Below, piece by piece: positions 1 to 12,266 of a DNA stretch of 64,000 nucleotides (position 1 is its first letter; every line of letters starts with the position of its first letter). The stretch covers positions 4,704,001 to 4,768,000 of the forward strand of contig OY969763.1 of NCBI GenBank assembly GCA_963702845.1, given 5' to 3'. Under the pieces are notes generated by a model that was not told the origin of the DNA, searched no databases, and worked only from the letters and a program-made list of their open reading frames with translations. A program made the position numbers and the translations under genes. The stretch is from an uncultured Verrucomicrobiae bacterium (GTDB lineage Bacteria; Verrucomicrobiota; Verrucomicrobiia; Limisphaerales; Palsa-1400).

Positions 1-29
1 CAGACAAATAGCGTTCCACAATAATTTGT

Positions 30-2065
30 ATGCAAGTCACATCACTTCTCAGCCGACAGGAAGAGCACGATCACGATCCCTCGTGTGATTGTGGCCACCA
101 GCATTCCCACGTCGTCCTGCCTCTTAAACAGACGCTGCTCGGACTGATTCTCGTTCTTAATTCCTATTTTGTTGGCTGGTGCTTTGGTGACAATGCCAGG
201 CCTGTTGTCGCGGCTAGCGCGATGATCGGCGCAATCATCCTTGGTTTTCCCATCATGGTTGCTGCGATCAAGGATTTCCGTCGCGGCTTGCTCACGACCA
301 ATGAACTCGTCGCCCTCGCTGTCCTCGCGTCCTTTGCCTTCGGTGCAACCGGCAATGGCAATTATCAGGAAGCCGGCGTCATCGCCTTCTTCATGTTACT
401 CGGCCAAATCATCGAAACGCACACCGCCGAAGGCGCGCGGGCTTCCATCGAATCGCTCATCAAACTCACACCGACGAAAGCCCGTCGCATCACCAAACAA
501 GGTGAAGAAGAAGTTGCCACCAAGGACCTCACCGTCGGTGACATGATTCGCGTCCGCCCCGGCGACAACGTTGCGGCTGACGGCATTATCGTGAACGGCC
601 ACGGCTCGTTCAACCAGGCGAACATCACCGGTGAATCGTTGCCCGTTGACAAAAAACCCGGTGACGAAGTGTTTGCCGGAACTCAAAACCTCACCGGGGC
701 CATCGAAATCCGCGTCACGCGCGCTGGCGAAGACACCACCTTGGGCAAGGTCCGCGAACTCATCCTTGCTGCCGAAAAAACGAAGCTACCCCTGATGCGC
801 ATCATCGACCAATACATGGGCTTCTACACTCCGCTCGTGTTGGTCATCGGCGCATTGGTCTGGGCTTTCACTGGCGAACTGAGCCGCGTCATCGCGGTGT
901 TCATCGTGGCCTGCCCTTGCGCATTCATTTTGGCCACGCCCAGTGCCATGGTCGCTGCACTCTCCGCTGCGGCACGTTTGGGTATTTTGATCAAAAACGT
1001 CGGCGACATCGAACTGGCCGCCAAAATCAACGCCTTCGTCTTCGACAAAACCGGCACGCTCACCACAGGCAAACTCGCGGTCAGCCGTTTGGCTCCAGCC
1101 GATGGCATAGCGCCTGCCGAACTGCTCCGCATCGCCGCTTCCGCTGAAAAATACAGCAACCATCCCACTGCGAAAGCCTTGGCGTCGCTCGCTACCGAAG
1201 CCGGTGTGCCCTTGGCCGAACCGAAAGACTTTTCCGAAACTGCCGGTCGCGGCATCGTCGCCCACATTGACGGCTCGAAAGTTGTCATCGGTCGCGCACA
1301 ATGGCTGAAGGACAACGGCGTCGCTGAAGACGTTCTTAAATCCGTCGACTTAAACGAAACCGAAGGCTTCAGCTTATTTTCGTCGCGCGCAACGGCAAAG
1401 GCCTCGGCTGGATCGGTCTTCAGGACCAAACCCGCGACGAAGCCCGCGCTGCCTTGGCTGATTTGAAGACCTGCGGCGTCCGTCGCATTGCGATGGTTTC
1501 CGGTGACCGTCAACCTGTGGCCACGCGCGTTGCCCGTGAAATCGGTTGTGAAGAAGCCATCGGCGAATGCTTGCCGCAAAACAAAGTCGAATTTGTTCGC
1601 GCGATGAAAGCCAAGGGTTATCGCGTCGCGGTCGTCGGCGATGGCGTCAACGACGCACCCGCGCTCGCCGCTGGTGATATGGGTATCGCGATGGGAGCTG
1701 CCGGCAGCGAAGTCGCCATCCATAGCGCCACCCTCGCCCTCATGAACAATGACCTGCGACGGTTGCCGTTCCTGATTCGCCTGTCGCGCCAGACCCGCTC
1801 GGTCATCAACCAGAACTTCCTGTTCGGCATCTGTTTCGTCATTGGCGGCCTCGTGCTCGCAGCGATGAAGTATATCAACCCGATCGTGGCGGCGATGCTG
1901 CACGTCATAGGATCATTGTTGGTTGTCTTCAACAGCGCGCGTCTCGTGCGCCAGGGTGAGGAATTCGATCCGCACCAAACCGTCGTCGTCGAAGCCCGTC
2001 CCCCGGCACCGGCAACACCGGATCCCTCTACGGCACCAAAAATTGCTCCGCGGCTCGCAGCATAA
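30..2065 (+). CDS. Heavy-metal-translocating P1B-type ATPase (Zn/Cd/Pb-type), split by one frameshift near 1380
   Basis: His/Cys-rich N-terminus; TGES, CPC, DKTGTLT and HP motifs in ORF 30..1466; SGD and GDGVNDAPAL in ORF 1454..2065, which continues the same protein in another frame. Confidence 0.93.
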
Positions 2066-2111
2066 GACTACCGTATTTGACAATCTGAACGGGTTTCGTA
2101 TCTATAAACGT

Positions 2112-2633
2112 ATGATACGACCCGTTTCTCTCCTTAGCGCACTCGTCTTGTCATTGGCCTTGGGTGCCATTGCCGCTCCTAAAGTCGGCGACAAAGCACC
2201 GGAATTCTCCGCCAAAGACCAGACCGGAAAAACCTGGGACCTTAAAAACCTCGAACGCACCAAGGCGGTCCTGCTGTATTTTTATCCCAAAGATGATACG
2301 CCGGGCTGCACCAAGGAGGCCTGCGGCCTACGCGATCGCATGGGCGACCTCGAAAAGGACAACGTCCAGGTTCTCGGCGTCAGCTTCGACAACGCCGAAA
2401 GCCATCAAAAATTCATTTCCAAATTCAACCTGAACTTCCCGCTTCTTGTCGATACCGACGGCAAAATTGCCGACGAATACGGCGCCCGCATGAAAGCCCG
2501 ACCCACCATGGCCCGCCGCGTCAGCTTCCTGATCGGCAAAGACGGCACCATCAAACACATCACCGACAATCCCAGTGCAGATGTGCATTTGAAGGAAATG
2601 AAACAAGCCGTCACGGAATTGGCAGCCAAGTAA
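2112..2633 (+). CDS. bcp: Peroxiredoxin (Bcp/PrxQ family) with signal peptide
   Basis: YFYPKDDTPGCTKEAC motif; ATG at 2112 followed by a hydrophobic signal. Confidence 0.88.
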   Translation: MIRPVSLLSALVLSLALGAIAAPKVGDKAPEFSAKDQTGKTWDLKNLERTKAVLLYFYPKDDTPGCTKEACGLRDRMGDLEKDNVQVLGVSFDNAESHQKFISKFNLNFPLLVDTDGKIADEYGARMKARPTMARRVSFLIGKDGTIKHITDNPSADVHLKEMKQAVTELAAK

Positions 2634-2702
2634 TTATTGATTCGCAACGTCAAAGCGGACGGCACGCCGTTTGCTTGATACACAATTGCGAATGCGGAAA
2701 CG

Positions 2703-2757
2703 GCCCCTCACCCGGCACCCCACTATATGCCCTTGGTGAGGGGCTTCCTCTTTTTTA
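2703..2757 (+). terminator. Hairpin with downstream T-run after bcp
   Basis: GCCCCTCACC ... GGTGAGGGGC followed by TTCCTCTTTTTT. Confidence 0.45.
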
Positions 2758-2839
2758 AACCACAATTTAGAATTCAAAGTTCAGAAGCAGCTTGCTCGCG
2801 CCCGCGTCTTTGCTACGCTGCCGGGTGACATCGTCGCCA

Positions 2840-4276
2840 ATGTCAACTAAAGAGACCTTGGCGCACGCTTGCGCGCTATCGTGGGCGATGACGGCGTCGT
2901 CGACAATCCCAAGGAACTGCTCGTTTACGAGTGCGACGCTTACACGATCGAAAAGAATCTCCCGACCGCCGTCGTCCTTCCAGAACCACTGAAGAGGTCG
3001 CCGCATCACCAAAGTTTGCGCCGAATATAAACGTGCCAATCATTCCACGCGGCGCTGGCACAAGCCTAAGCGGCTCCGTTTTGCCGTAACTGGCGGCGTC
3101 ATGATCGCCGTGTCACGCGCATGAACAAAATCTCGACATCGATTTCCGCAATCGACGCGCGCTCGTTGAAGCCGGTTGCGTCAACGCCTGGGTCACCAAC
3201 GCGGTGAAAAGCACAAGGCATGCTCTATGCCCCGGACCCCTCCAGCCAATCCGCCTGCACCATTGGTGGCAATGTCGCCATGAATTCCGGCGGACCGCAC
3301 ACTTTGAAATACGGCGTCACCACCAATCACGTCCTCGGCTTCGAAATGGTCTTGCCCGATGGCGAAGTGGTTTGGTTCGGTACGCGGCCCGACGGCGGCG
3401 AAGATGTCGAAGGCTACGATTTACGCGGAGCCGTCATCGGCTGTGAAGGCATGTTCGGCATCATCACACGTGCGCTCGTGCGCCTGATCCGCGCGCCACA
3501 AGGTTTCAAAACGCTCCTCGGCATTTTCGAAAATGTCGATGCCGCCAGCCAGACCGTCAGTGATATTATCAGCGCCGGAATTGTCCCCGGCGCGATGGAG
3601 ATGATGGACCAACTCATCACCCAGGCTATTGAAGCCGCTTATAAATTTGGTTTCCCGCTTGATGCTGGCGCATGCTTGATCATCGAACTGGACGGTCTGC
3701 AAGCCGGTCTCGAATCTCAGGCAGAACAGTGTCATCGCGCTCTGCAAACAAAACGGCGCGCGCGAAGTGCGCATCGCCAAATCAGAGCAGGAACGCATGG
3801 ATCTCTGGAAATGCCGCAAGCGCGCTTTCGGCGCCATCGGCCGCCTCAGTCCAAACTTTCTCACGCAAGACGGCGTCGTCCCGCGCTCCAAGCTGCCCGA
3901 GATCATGCGCTTCATTCGCAAGTGCAGCGAAAAATACGGCCTGCGCATCCCGAACGTCTTCCATGCCGGCGATGGTAACATCCATCCCTTGATCCTCTAC
4001 GATGAACGCTATCCCGAGCAGGTGCGCGATGCGATCGCCGTCGGCAACGAAATCCTCGAAAAATGCGTCGAACTCGGCGGCAGCGTGACCGGTGAGCACG
4101 GCATCGGCGTCGAAAAAATCGATTTCATGGCCAAGCAATTCACCAAGGACGACCTCGATGCGATGCGAGCTTTGCGAACCGTTTTCGATCCACATGGTCG
4201 CTGCAATCCGCACAAAATGTTTCCCGGTTCAAAACGCTGCGGGGATTTTGCGCCGAAGAAACAAATTGCCGCATAA
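2840..4276 (+). CDS. glcD: FAD-linked oxidase, glycolate oxidase subunit GlcD-like; several frameshifts
   Basis: YAPDPSSQSACTIGGN, KYGVT, HAGDGNIHP and GEHGIG motifs spread over ORFs 2792, 3220 and 3767. Confidence 0.8.
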
Positions 4277-4555
4277 TTTACACGCAGATTGTCGCCCCTT
4301 CGTTCGCCGCAATGGGTGAACATCAGGAAAAATCCGACAAACCGGTTCAGGCGAAAACCGGCGAGATCCCATAACCACGTCACAAGTCCGGTTCCTTAGC
4401 TCGTGACCAACGAATGTTCCAGATGACACGTATACTCAGGCTAGCAACTTCCCCGATGACAAATAGCGCACGCACCCGATTGATAGAATCGCAACCGCTT
4501 CGATATGCTCAAGAGGCGTTAAACGATAGAAGTTAGAGAGAACCCTGAGTGTGTT

Positions 4556-4738
4556 ATGAAAGACCTCGAGACCCTACAGCGAGAGGAAACTCGCGAATCA
4601 GTTGATCCGCAATTTAGCATCACCGCGCCGGAAACCACGCGGGCCGTTCAGCAGTCAGAACCCAACAGCCACCTTCCGTATGTCGATTCATTGATCGGCA
4701 GCGAAAGCTATCGGCTCAGTCCGCTGTCTGAATGGTAA
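4556..4738 (+). CDS. Small hypothetical protein (60 aa)
   Basis: ATG-started intergenic ORF followed by a hairpin at about 4753-4785; no recognisable motif. Confidence 0.35.
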   Translation: MKDLETLQREETRESVDPQFSITAPETTRAVQQSEPNSHLPYVDSLIGSESYRLSPLSEW

Positions 4739-4805
4739 TACGTTGAAGTGCCCAACCCAGGTTCGTCTTCGGACTGAGCCTGAGTTCGGCCCTCCAGCGG
4801 TCAGA

Positions 4806-5036
4806 CTAATCGGGCCACCACCAATCGTGCTTCGGTGGGACCGTCGGTACTGGTGATTGCGTCCAAATGTATTTATCGGTATCCGTGCTCGAACTCACTG
4901 GCGCCCCGGAATACCTCCAGTCGATTTTCGCCGGTTCCCACGACCGCTCAGCACCGCTCGGTTCTGTGATTGTCTTGCCGGTCTGACAACCGATGAGAAG
5001 CAACGCCAGTCCAGCAACTGAAAGGTAAAGTTTCAT
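4806..5036 (-). CDS. Small putative lipoprotein
   Basis: MKLYLSVAGLALLLIGC lipobox-type signal; GGAGG upstream of ATG 5036. Confidence 0.6.
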   Translation of the reverse strand: MKLYLSVAGLALLLIGCQTGKTITEPSGAERSWEPAKIDWRYSGAPVSSSTDTDKYIWTQSPVPTVPPKHDWWWPD

Positions 5037-5081
5037 AGCCCTCCTACCCCAACTTCGCCTAAGCAGACTTTCAGACAAGGC

Positions 5082-6837
5082 TCATTTACCGCGCTTCTTC
5101 TTAAGCTCAGTCATCAAAGCGGCATACGGCAAAGTGTTAATCACGTCCGACTTCTCCAACCACCCTTTCCGCGCGACGCCCGCGCCGAGCCGCAAAAAAC
5201 CAACGTTACTATTATGGTGCGCGTCGCAATTGATGACGCATTTCACGCCTTTATCCTTGGCGTAATGCCAAAGCCGCCAATCCATATCGAACCGATGCGG
5301 GTTCGCATTCAATTCGATCCACGTCCCCGTTTCCGCGCACGCATCGATAATCGCGTGCTGGTTGACCTTGTAAGCTTCGCGCTCGAGCAACAGACGGCCG
5401 GTCAAATGGCCGATGATGTGCACATAAGGATTCTGCACTGCGCGCAAAATCCGCTTTGTCATCTCTGCCTCGCCCTGCTGAAAACTTGGCATGCACACTC
5501 GCGACGACCACATCCAACTCCGCCAGCAAGTCATCTTCAAAATCCAATGTCCCATCCGTCAGAATGTCCACCTCTGACCCGCTCAACAATCGAAACGAAA
5601 CCTTTTCCTGCGCGAGCTTTTTGTTGTAGTTCGCGAACTTCCGCAATCTGCTGCCGCACTTTCGCCGCATCCAAACCATTCGCTTGGAATGATGCCTTCG
5701 AGTGATCGGTTATCGCCCAGTAAGCAAGACCAAGATCCTGCATGTGCTCGGCCGTTTCCTCAATCGTGCAACGTCCATCGCTCCACGTCGTGTGATTGTG
5801 CAGCGAACCTTTCAACTCCGTCCATTCAAGCAGCCTCGGTAAATCACCCTTTTCCCGCGACCGACGAATTCGCCCTGGTCCTCGCGCAATTCCGGCGGCA
5901 CATACGACAATCCAAGTTTCGCAAAAACTTCTTCTTCAGTTTTACATTCAATCAGTAGCTTCGGGTCACGCGTTTCGACTTCCGATTTAAACAACCCATA
6001 CTCATTCAACCGCCACCCACGTTGAATCGCGCGCTGTCGCATGACAATATTGTGTTCCTTGCTTCCGGTAAAATACATCAGCGCATACGGAAACTCCGAA
6101 TCACTCACGACCCGCAAATCAGCCTGAATCCCACCCTCCAACACCACACTCGCTTTCGTATCGCCTTTCGCAGTGACGCTCAGCATGCCGGGTTGTTGCG
6201 TAAAAAATTCAATGATCCCCTGCGGCTTCTTGCTCGAGACCAGAAAATCAATATCGCCAATAATTTCTTTGAATCGGCGCAAACTTCCTGCCGTGCTGCA
6301 CCGAATCACATCCGGATGCGCCCGCAAATTATCCAGAATCGGTTCGGCTACCGCAAAGCATCGCCCAGCAAATGCCGGTCTGCGTATTGGCGTCGGAAAT
6401 TAATCCCCGCGCAAATATTCGTCTGCGTTTTCTCCCCAAACCCATCCAACACCGCGACTTTGCCTTCGTGACACGCCTTCTCGAGTTGCTCGATCGTTTC
6501 GATGCCGAGCTTGTCGTGCAGCGCTTTGATTTTTTTCGGGCCAAGGCCCGGAATGCCCGAGCATCGCGACCAACCCCGGCGGAATCGATGCCTTCAATTC
6601 ATCGTAATACGCCAGCTTACCCGTCTAAATCATCTCCACGATTTTTTCGCGAAGACTATCGCCCACGCCTTTGACCGGCTCAGCATCTTCCGCAAACGCT
6701 TTCTCCAGAGGAATATTGAGCCCTTGCACGGAGCGCGCCGCGTTCGAGTAGGCGCGCGATTTGAAAGGGTTTTCGCCCTTCAATTCCAGCAGCATCGCGA
6801 TTTCACTGAGGATCTCGGCAACCTGATCTTTGTTCAC
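5082..6837 (-). CDS. polX: DNA polymerase X family/PHP-domain 3'-5' exonuclease; multiple frameshifts
   Basis: LLELKGENPFKSRAY N-terminus, AGSLRRFKEIIGDIDFL, YFTGSKEHN, PHP motifs HNHTTWSDG, TDHS, HLTGRLL and DAH in successive frames. Confidence 0.9.
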
Positions 6838-7032
6838 TGGCAAAACATACGGCAGGGCTGGATTTTTAAAAAGCTCCAAGCTCCAAACCCCACGCACCAG
6901 AGAAACATCAAACACCAAGATCCAAACAGCGATGCGCCTTGGGTTTTGGATGTTGAAGCTTCTCTGGATCTTGGATCTTCCGCAGAAAACGATTTGAAAA
7001 CCGCGTCGCACTGTTATCCTCCTCGAACGAAT

Positions 7033-7948
7033 ATGACAAGAAGTGTTTGCTTCCCCTCCTGCTCGCCCTCGCTCCACTTACCGCCTGTAAACACGTTGCT
7101 GTCCAACAACGCCAAAGCGCCGCAAACCCTCACCATCGGCGCGTGGAACATGGAATGGCTGGGCAACACCAACCGCCGCTCCGACCAACCCGATCCGCAC
7201 GTCGTCGCAAATTACATTCGCAACAGCCATGCCCAAGTGCTCGGCCTTGAAGAAATCTGCGAAACCCAACCCGGCACACTGAAAAACATAATTCTCGACC
7301 AAACGGTCGCGCTTCTTTCGACCAACGGCGCGCATTGGCAATATCGCATGTTCGATTCTCACACCGAACGTGGCCAGAATACTGGCGTGATGTGGAATGC
7401 AGATGTTGTTACAGCTAGCGAATCGTTTGAAATTCCGGTCGACCACGCCGAAAGTTCGACGAATCTGAAAAAATGGGACCGCGCGCCTTACGCGACACAG
7501 TTTTCCACCGGCAAAGACAAAACTGATTTCGTCCTCATCCCCGTCCACATGAAATCCAACATCGGCGGCGGCACAACCATTCCGCACCGAAATGAAGAAG
7601 CGCAAACGCTGATCACGGCCCTGCCCAAGATCGAAGAACATTTTCACGGGAACAAAGACCTCGAGCGCGACATTATAATAATTGGTGACTTCAACACCAT
7701 GAAACACAGCGAAGCTTGCATCGTCAGCTACGAAGCGGCCGGTTTCATCGATCTGAACCCGCAAGATGTCGTCACAGAAAAATCACGCCGCTATCCGCCT
7801 GCGCCTTTCGATCGCGCCCTCGTTCGCGGCGTCGCAACCGGAATTTCAATCGCACAAATTCGCCATGATTGAAGATGGCTTTGTCGAAGGCCTCTCCGAC
7901 CATCACCTCGTCACAAGTGAAATCACGATCTGTCGCGATGACGATTAG
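7033..7948 (+). CDS. Secreted endonuclease/exonuclease/phosphatase (EEP) family protein; frameshifts near both ends
   Basis: GAWNMEW, GLEEI, VHMKS, GDFN, and C-terminal LSDHHLV in a shifted frame. Confidence 0.8.
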
Positions 7949-8000
7949 CCGCAAGAGATTGCGCGCGCCTCAAAGCGTGCCTATGCTTTTGGTCCTTGAA

Positions 8001-8585
8001 ATGAGTCCGGCTGCCCCAAACAACAAATCAGGAACGCACCATCAATGTGGCTGCGGCGATCATGATCCTGTCGGCCGCCGCAGTTTTTTCAAGGAGGCTG
8101 CCACGATCGTGCTTGGAGCCGTCGCCGTAATCGCTCCAATCGGCGCTGCCGTTTCCGTCATGCTCGACCCGCTCCATCGAAAAGGCGGCGCAGGCAAATT
8201 TCATTCGCGTCGCGTCGCTCAATTCCGTCCCAGCCGATGGCATCCCTCGAAAATTTGCAATCATCGCTGATCGTACTGATGCCTGGAATCAATATCCCAA
8301 CACCCCTATTGGCGCAGTTTACTTCGCCGCCCGGACGAAAAACAATAGAAGCGTTCAACGTTGTCTGTCCCGCACGCAGGCGGCTTTATCGATTACAACA
8401 CGCAGCAAAATTGTTTTCTCTGCCCACTGCACGACAGCATGTTTTCTCTCGATGGTTCCATTAAAGATCCGAAAAGCCCTTCCCCGCGTCCGATGGATTC
8501 GTTGAAAGTCGAAGTTCGCAATAACGAAATCTGGGTTGCCTTCCAAAACTTCCACGCTGGCACGCGCGAGAAGATCCCGGCATGA
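8001..8585 (+). CDS. Rieske 2Fe-2S subunit of a Rieske/cytochrome b complex; frameshifted
   Basis: Tat-like RRSFF plus TM helix; CPHAG (across a frameshift), CPLHDSMF and PSPRPM motifs; ATGA overlap with cytochrome b. Confidence 0.85.
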
Positions 8586-10366
8586 GCAAGTTACTCGACT
8601 GGCTCGACCACCGCACCGGTTGCCGCAAGCTCACGCACGAGGCGCTCTACGAAAACGTTCCCGGCGGCGCGCGCTGGCGCTACGTATGGGGCAGCACGCT
8701 CACGTTTACTTTTGCGATTCAAATCATCACTGGCCTCGCCTTGTGGGCCGCTTATTCGCCAAGTTCGCAAACCGCCTGGGAAAGCGTTTTCTACATCCAG
8801 AATCACATGAGCGGAGGATGGATTTTGCGCGGCATCCATCACTACACCGCGCAAGCGATGAACATCCTGCTCGTGCTCCATTTGATGCAGGTCATCATTG
8901 ACGGCGCTTACAAAGCTCCGCGCGAAGTGAATTATTGGTTCGGCCTCGCGCTCCTCGTTCTTGTCCTCGGACTGTCACTCACCGGCTATCTGCTGCCGTG
9001 GGATCAAAAAGGCTATTGGGCAACAAAAGTCGCCACTAACATCGCCGCCATCACCCCGTTCGTCGGAACTGCCGTTCAAAAAATTATCGTCGGCGGCGTT
9101 GACTACGGCCATCACACGTTGACCCGTTTTTTTGCACTGCACGCTGGCGTCCTTCCCGGTGCCGTCATCGTTTTGATTGTCGGCCACGTCGCGCTCTTCC
9201 GTCGTCACGGCATCACCGCAAAGAAGCCTTACCGCAAACCCGACGCAGCCTTCTGGCCTGACCAAATGCTGATCGATTCAGTCGCCTGCCTCGCCGTAAC
9301 TGCCGCCGTCATGGTGCTTGTCCTTAAAAACCACGGAGCCGAGTTAGGTCCGCCGGCAGATGCTTCAGAAAATTTCTCCGCTGCGCGTCCCGAATGGTAT
9401 TTCCTGTTCCTGTTCCAGTTCCTCAAATACTTCCCCGGCGGCACGGAAGTTCTGGGTGCGATTGCCATTCCCACCGTCATCATGCTGCTCTTGTTCCTCA
9501 TGCCCGTAATTGGTCGCAAGACCGGCGGGCACAAGTTCAACGTCGCATTATTGTTTGCGCTCATCGTCGGCGCAGCCGCGCTCACGTATGCAGCCGTTCG
9601 GGAAGATCAACATCGTCCCGAAATCATAGCTGCGAAAAATCAGGCCCAACAATCGGCCGAGCGCGTCAAAGACCTCGCTAATTCTCCGCAGGGCATCCCG
9701 CCAACCGGCGCAATTAGTCTCTTGCGCAACGATCCATTGACCCAAGGCCCAAAGCTGTTCGCTAAATACTGCGCCAGTTGCCATCGCTACGACGGCCACG
9801 ATGGCACCGGGCTGAAACTCAAGGAAGCTCCCACCGCCAGCGACTTAAAAGGTTTCGGCTCGCGCGAATGGCTCTCCGGTTTGCTCGATCCCAACCAAGT
9901 GAGCGGCGTGCAATACTTTGGCGGCACCAAATTCAAGAACGGCAAAATGGTGAAATTCGTCACCCGCAAAGTGCGCGGCTTCTCGCCAGAACAAAAAGCT
10001 GAACTCACCAACGTCATCGCCGCCATTTCCGCGGAAGCCTCACTGAAATCGCAAAAGCAACTCGATGCATCCAGCACCGCCCAAATCCAACAAGGCGTGC
10101 ACTCATTCAAAAACGGCGTCGGTTGCGCCGAATGCCACCAGTTCCATTCCAAAGACGCCGACGCCTCTGGCCCTGATCTCACCGGCTGGGGTTCGCGTGA
10201 ATGGATCGTCGGCATGATCAGCAACCCCAAATCCATTCACTACTACGCCGAAGACAACGATCGCATGCCCGCCTTCGCCGACGAAAAGATTTTGGACGCA
10301 CAATCAATCGGCTTGCTGGCCGACTGGCTTCGCGGCGAATGGTACGATCCAGCCGAAGCTCGATAA
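8582..10366 (+). CDS. Cytochrome b/b6 fused to subunit-IV-like region and C-terminal diheme cytochrome c
   Basis: TGYLLPWDQKGYW, TRFFALH, RPEWYFL; heme c motifs CASCH and CAECH. Confidence 0.92.
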   Translation: MSKLLDWLDHRTGCRKLTHEALYENVPGGARWRYVWGSTLTFTFAIQIITGLALWAAYSPSSQTAWESVFYIQNHMSGGWILRGIHHYTAQAMNILLVLHLMQVIIDGAYKAPREVNYWFGLALLVLVLGLSLTGYLLPWDQKGYWATKVATNIAAITPFVGTAVQKIIVGGVDYGHHTLTRFFALHAGVLPGAVIVLIVGHVALFRRHGITAKKPYRKPDAAFWPDQMLIDSVACLAVTAAVMVLVLKNHGAELGPPADASENFSAARPEWYFLFLFQFLKYFPGGTEVLGAIAIPTVIMLLLFLMPVIGRKTGGHKFNVALLFALIVGAAALTYAAVREDQHRPEIIAAKNQAQQSAERVKDLANSPQGIPPTGAISLLRNDPLTQGPKLFAKYCASCHRYDGHDGTGLKLKEAPTASDLKGFGSREWLSGLLDPNQVSGVQYFGGTKFKNGKMVKFVTRKVRGFSPEQKAELTNVIAAISAEASLKSQKQLDASSTAQIQQGVHSFKNGVGCAECHQFHSKDADASGPDLTGWGSREWIVGMISNPKSIHYYAEDNDRMPAFADEKILDAQSIGLLADWLRGEWYDPAEAR

Positions 10367-10428
10367 CTTTGGAGTTTAGAGCTTTTGCGAAACCAACTAC
10401 GTCCACCAAACGTCTGTTTCAAAAACTC

Positions 10429-11742
10429 ATGCACCGCCTAATAGCTGCCCTCCTCCTGGCAATCGCCTTCGCGCCCAATGTCAGCGCCGCCGCCAAAAAA
10501 CCAAACATCCTCTTCATCTTGTGCGACGACATGGGCTACGAATGTCTGAACTGTTACGGCGGCACTTCCTACAAAACGCCGAACATCGACACCTTGGCCG
10601 CTTCGGGAATTCGCTTTCGCAACGCCTACGCCACTCCGCTCTGCTCGCCGTCGCGTGTTGAGTTGATGACGGGGCGATACGGTTTTCGCACCGGCTGGAT
10701 TAACCTGATCGGGCGCGGCGACGATGCGATGGAATATTTCGAACCGAATAAAGAACGCACCTTCGGCCACGTCTTGAAATCGGCGGGGTACGCCACCGCT
10801 CTCGCCGGTAAATGGCAGCTCTGCAACTTCACCGATCATCCCGATCACGTGAACAAATGCGGCTTCGACGAATACTGCTGTTGGACCTGGCAACTAAACG
10901 GGAAGCGAACCTCCCGTTATTGGGAGCCGTCCATTTGGCAGAATGGCAAAGAAAAGAAAGATCTTCAGGAGCCGTATGGCGAAGATATTTTTTGTAATTT
11001 CCTGATCGATTTCATGAAGCGTCATCGTGACGAACCGTTCTTTGCTTATTATCCGATGGTGCTCGTTCACGAGCCGCACACGGCCACGCCCGACAGCAAA
11101 GGTGCGACCAAAGCCCAAAAAAGCGGCAAAGCCGAGAAGGGCGGCGGCGTGGAAGGTAAGCGCCGACGTGCCACGAAGTTATTTCCCGGCATGGTGCAAT
11201 ACATGGACAAAACCGTCGGACGCCTCATGGCCGCATTGGATGAACTCGGCCTCCGCGACAATACAATTATCGTCTTCACCGGCGACAATGGCACAGATCG
11301 CAGTGTCTTTTCGAAAATTGGCGACGTCACCGTGCAAGGCGGTAAAGGAACGGTCGCTGAATTCGGCACCCACGTTCCTTTCATTGTGAGTTGGAGAGGC
11401 ACGATCAAACCGGCGCAGACCAAAGATGATTTGATCGACTTCAGCGACGTGCTCCCGACCATCGCCGAACTCGGCGGCGCGAAGCTACCCAACGCGACCA
11501 TCGACGGCAAAAGTTTCGCCCGCCAACTAACGACCGAAACCGCACCGGCCCGCCAATGGATTTTCAGTCAACTTGGTCATAAGAAACTCGCGCGCGACCA
11601 ACGTTTCATGCTGCACGACGACGGAAGCATCTACGACGTGATTCACGATCCGTTTGAAAAGAAAAACTTGGCGGACAGCAAAGACGCGGAGGTCACGACA
11701 TCAAAAGCGCGCCTGCAAAAAGTGCTGACGGACCTGCGCTGA
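10429..11742 (+). CDS. Sulfatase (formylglycine-dependent S1 family), secreted
   Basis: Signal peptide, KPNILFILCDD, CSPSR, GKWQ, GDNG motifs. Confidence 0.92.
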   Translation: MHRLIAALLLAIAFAPNVSAAAKKPNILFILCDDMGYECLNCYGGTSYKTPNIDTLAASGIRFRNAYATPLCSPSRVELMTGRYGFRTGWINLIGRGDDAMEYFEPNKERTFGHVLKSAGYATALAGKWQLCNFTDHPDHVNKCGFDEYCCWTWQLNGKRTSRYWEPSIWQNGKEKKDLQEPYGEDIFCNFLIDFMKRHRDEPFFAYYPMVLVHEPHTATPDSKGATKAQKSGKAEKGGGVEGKRRRATKLFPGMVQYMDKTVGRLMAALDELGLRDNTIIVFTGDNGTDRSVFSKIGDVTVQGGKGTVAEFGTHVPFIVSWRGTIKPAQTKDDLIDFSDVLPTIAELGGAKLPNATIDGKSFARQLTTETAPARQWIFSQLGHKKLARDQRFMLHDDGSIYDVIHDPFEKKNLADSKDAEVTTSKARLQKVLTDLR

Positions 11743-11803
11743 TTCGCGTGTGGTTCCGGCTTCAGCCGGCATCGTGCGTAACAGGAGATGATTGGAAAAG
11801 GAA

Positions 11804-12196
11804 TTACGGCTTAGCGGCGAGCGGTGCACGCAACGCCATCTTGATCGTCTGAATCAACGTCGACGGCGCGTAAGGTTTCTGCAGAAATTGAAATCCCTCT
11901 GGCAGCGGCAATCCTTTGCACGCTTCATCGTAGCTGTAGCCGGTTGTGAAAACCACTTTCAACTCTGGGTTTTCACCAATGAACTTGTCCGCCAGTTCGC
12001 GCCCGTTCATGCCATCCGGCAGCATCAAGTCGGTCAACAGCAAATCAATCTGTCCCTTCTTCTGAGCCCATTTCTCCAAAGCCATCGCACCCGACGACGC
12101 CTCCACCACCCGGCAGCCGAAACGTTCGAGAACCTTTCGGACCAGTAAGCGCAAAGACTGCTCGTCTTCGACAAGAAACACTGTCGGTGTGTGCAT
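11804..12196 (-). CDS. Single-domain response regulator receiver
   Basis: LVEDE, LLTDLMLP, TTGY, QKPY receiver motifs. Confidence 0.88.
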   Translation of the reverse strand: MHTPTVFLVEDEQSLRLLVRKVLERFGCRVVEASSGAMALEKWAQKKGQIDLLLTDLMLPDGMNGRELADKFIGENPELKVVFTTGYSYDEACKGLPLPEGFQFLQKPYAPSTLIQTIKMALRAPLAAKP

Positions 12197-12266
12197 AAAA
12201 ACGGGTTTAAGATAGCAGCGAACGTGCCATTCGCTTGACGGAGAACCGAAAACAAGACCTTGTCAA

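Noticed and set aside
6502..7032. Long N-terminal extensions in the ORF track (EEP, bcp, sulfatase, rplU, PTS IIA, 1439-aa protein)
   Set aside because: They overlap neighbouring genes or repeats; downstream ATGs followed by signal peptides or family-typical starts were preferred.
30..8585. Frameshifts in the ATPase, glcD, polX, EEP and Rieske genes (also at about 25505 and 45100) as programmed frameshifting or true pseudogenes
   Set aside because: Single-base indels cluster in one stretch across unrelated genes whose motifs are otherwise intact, which is typical of long-read consensus error. Read-level checking would be needed.
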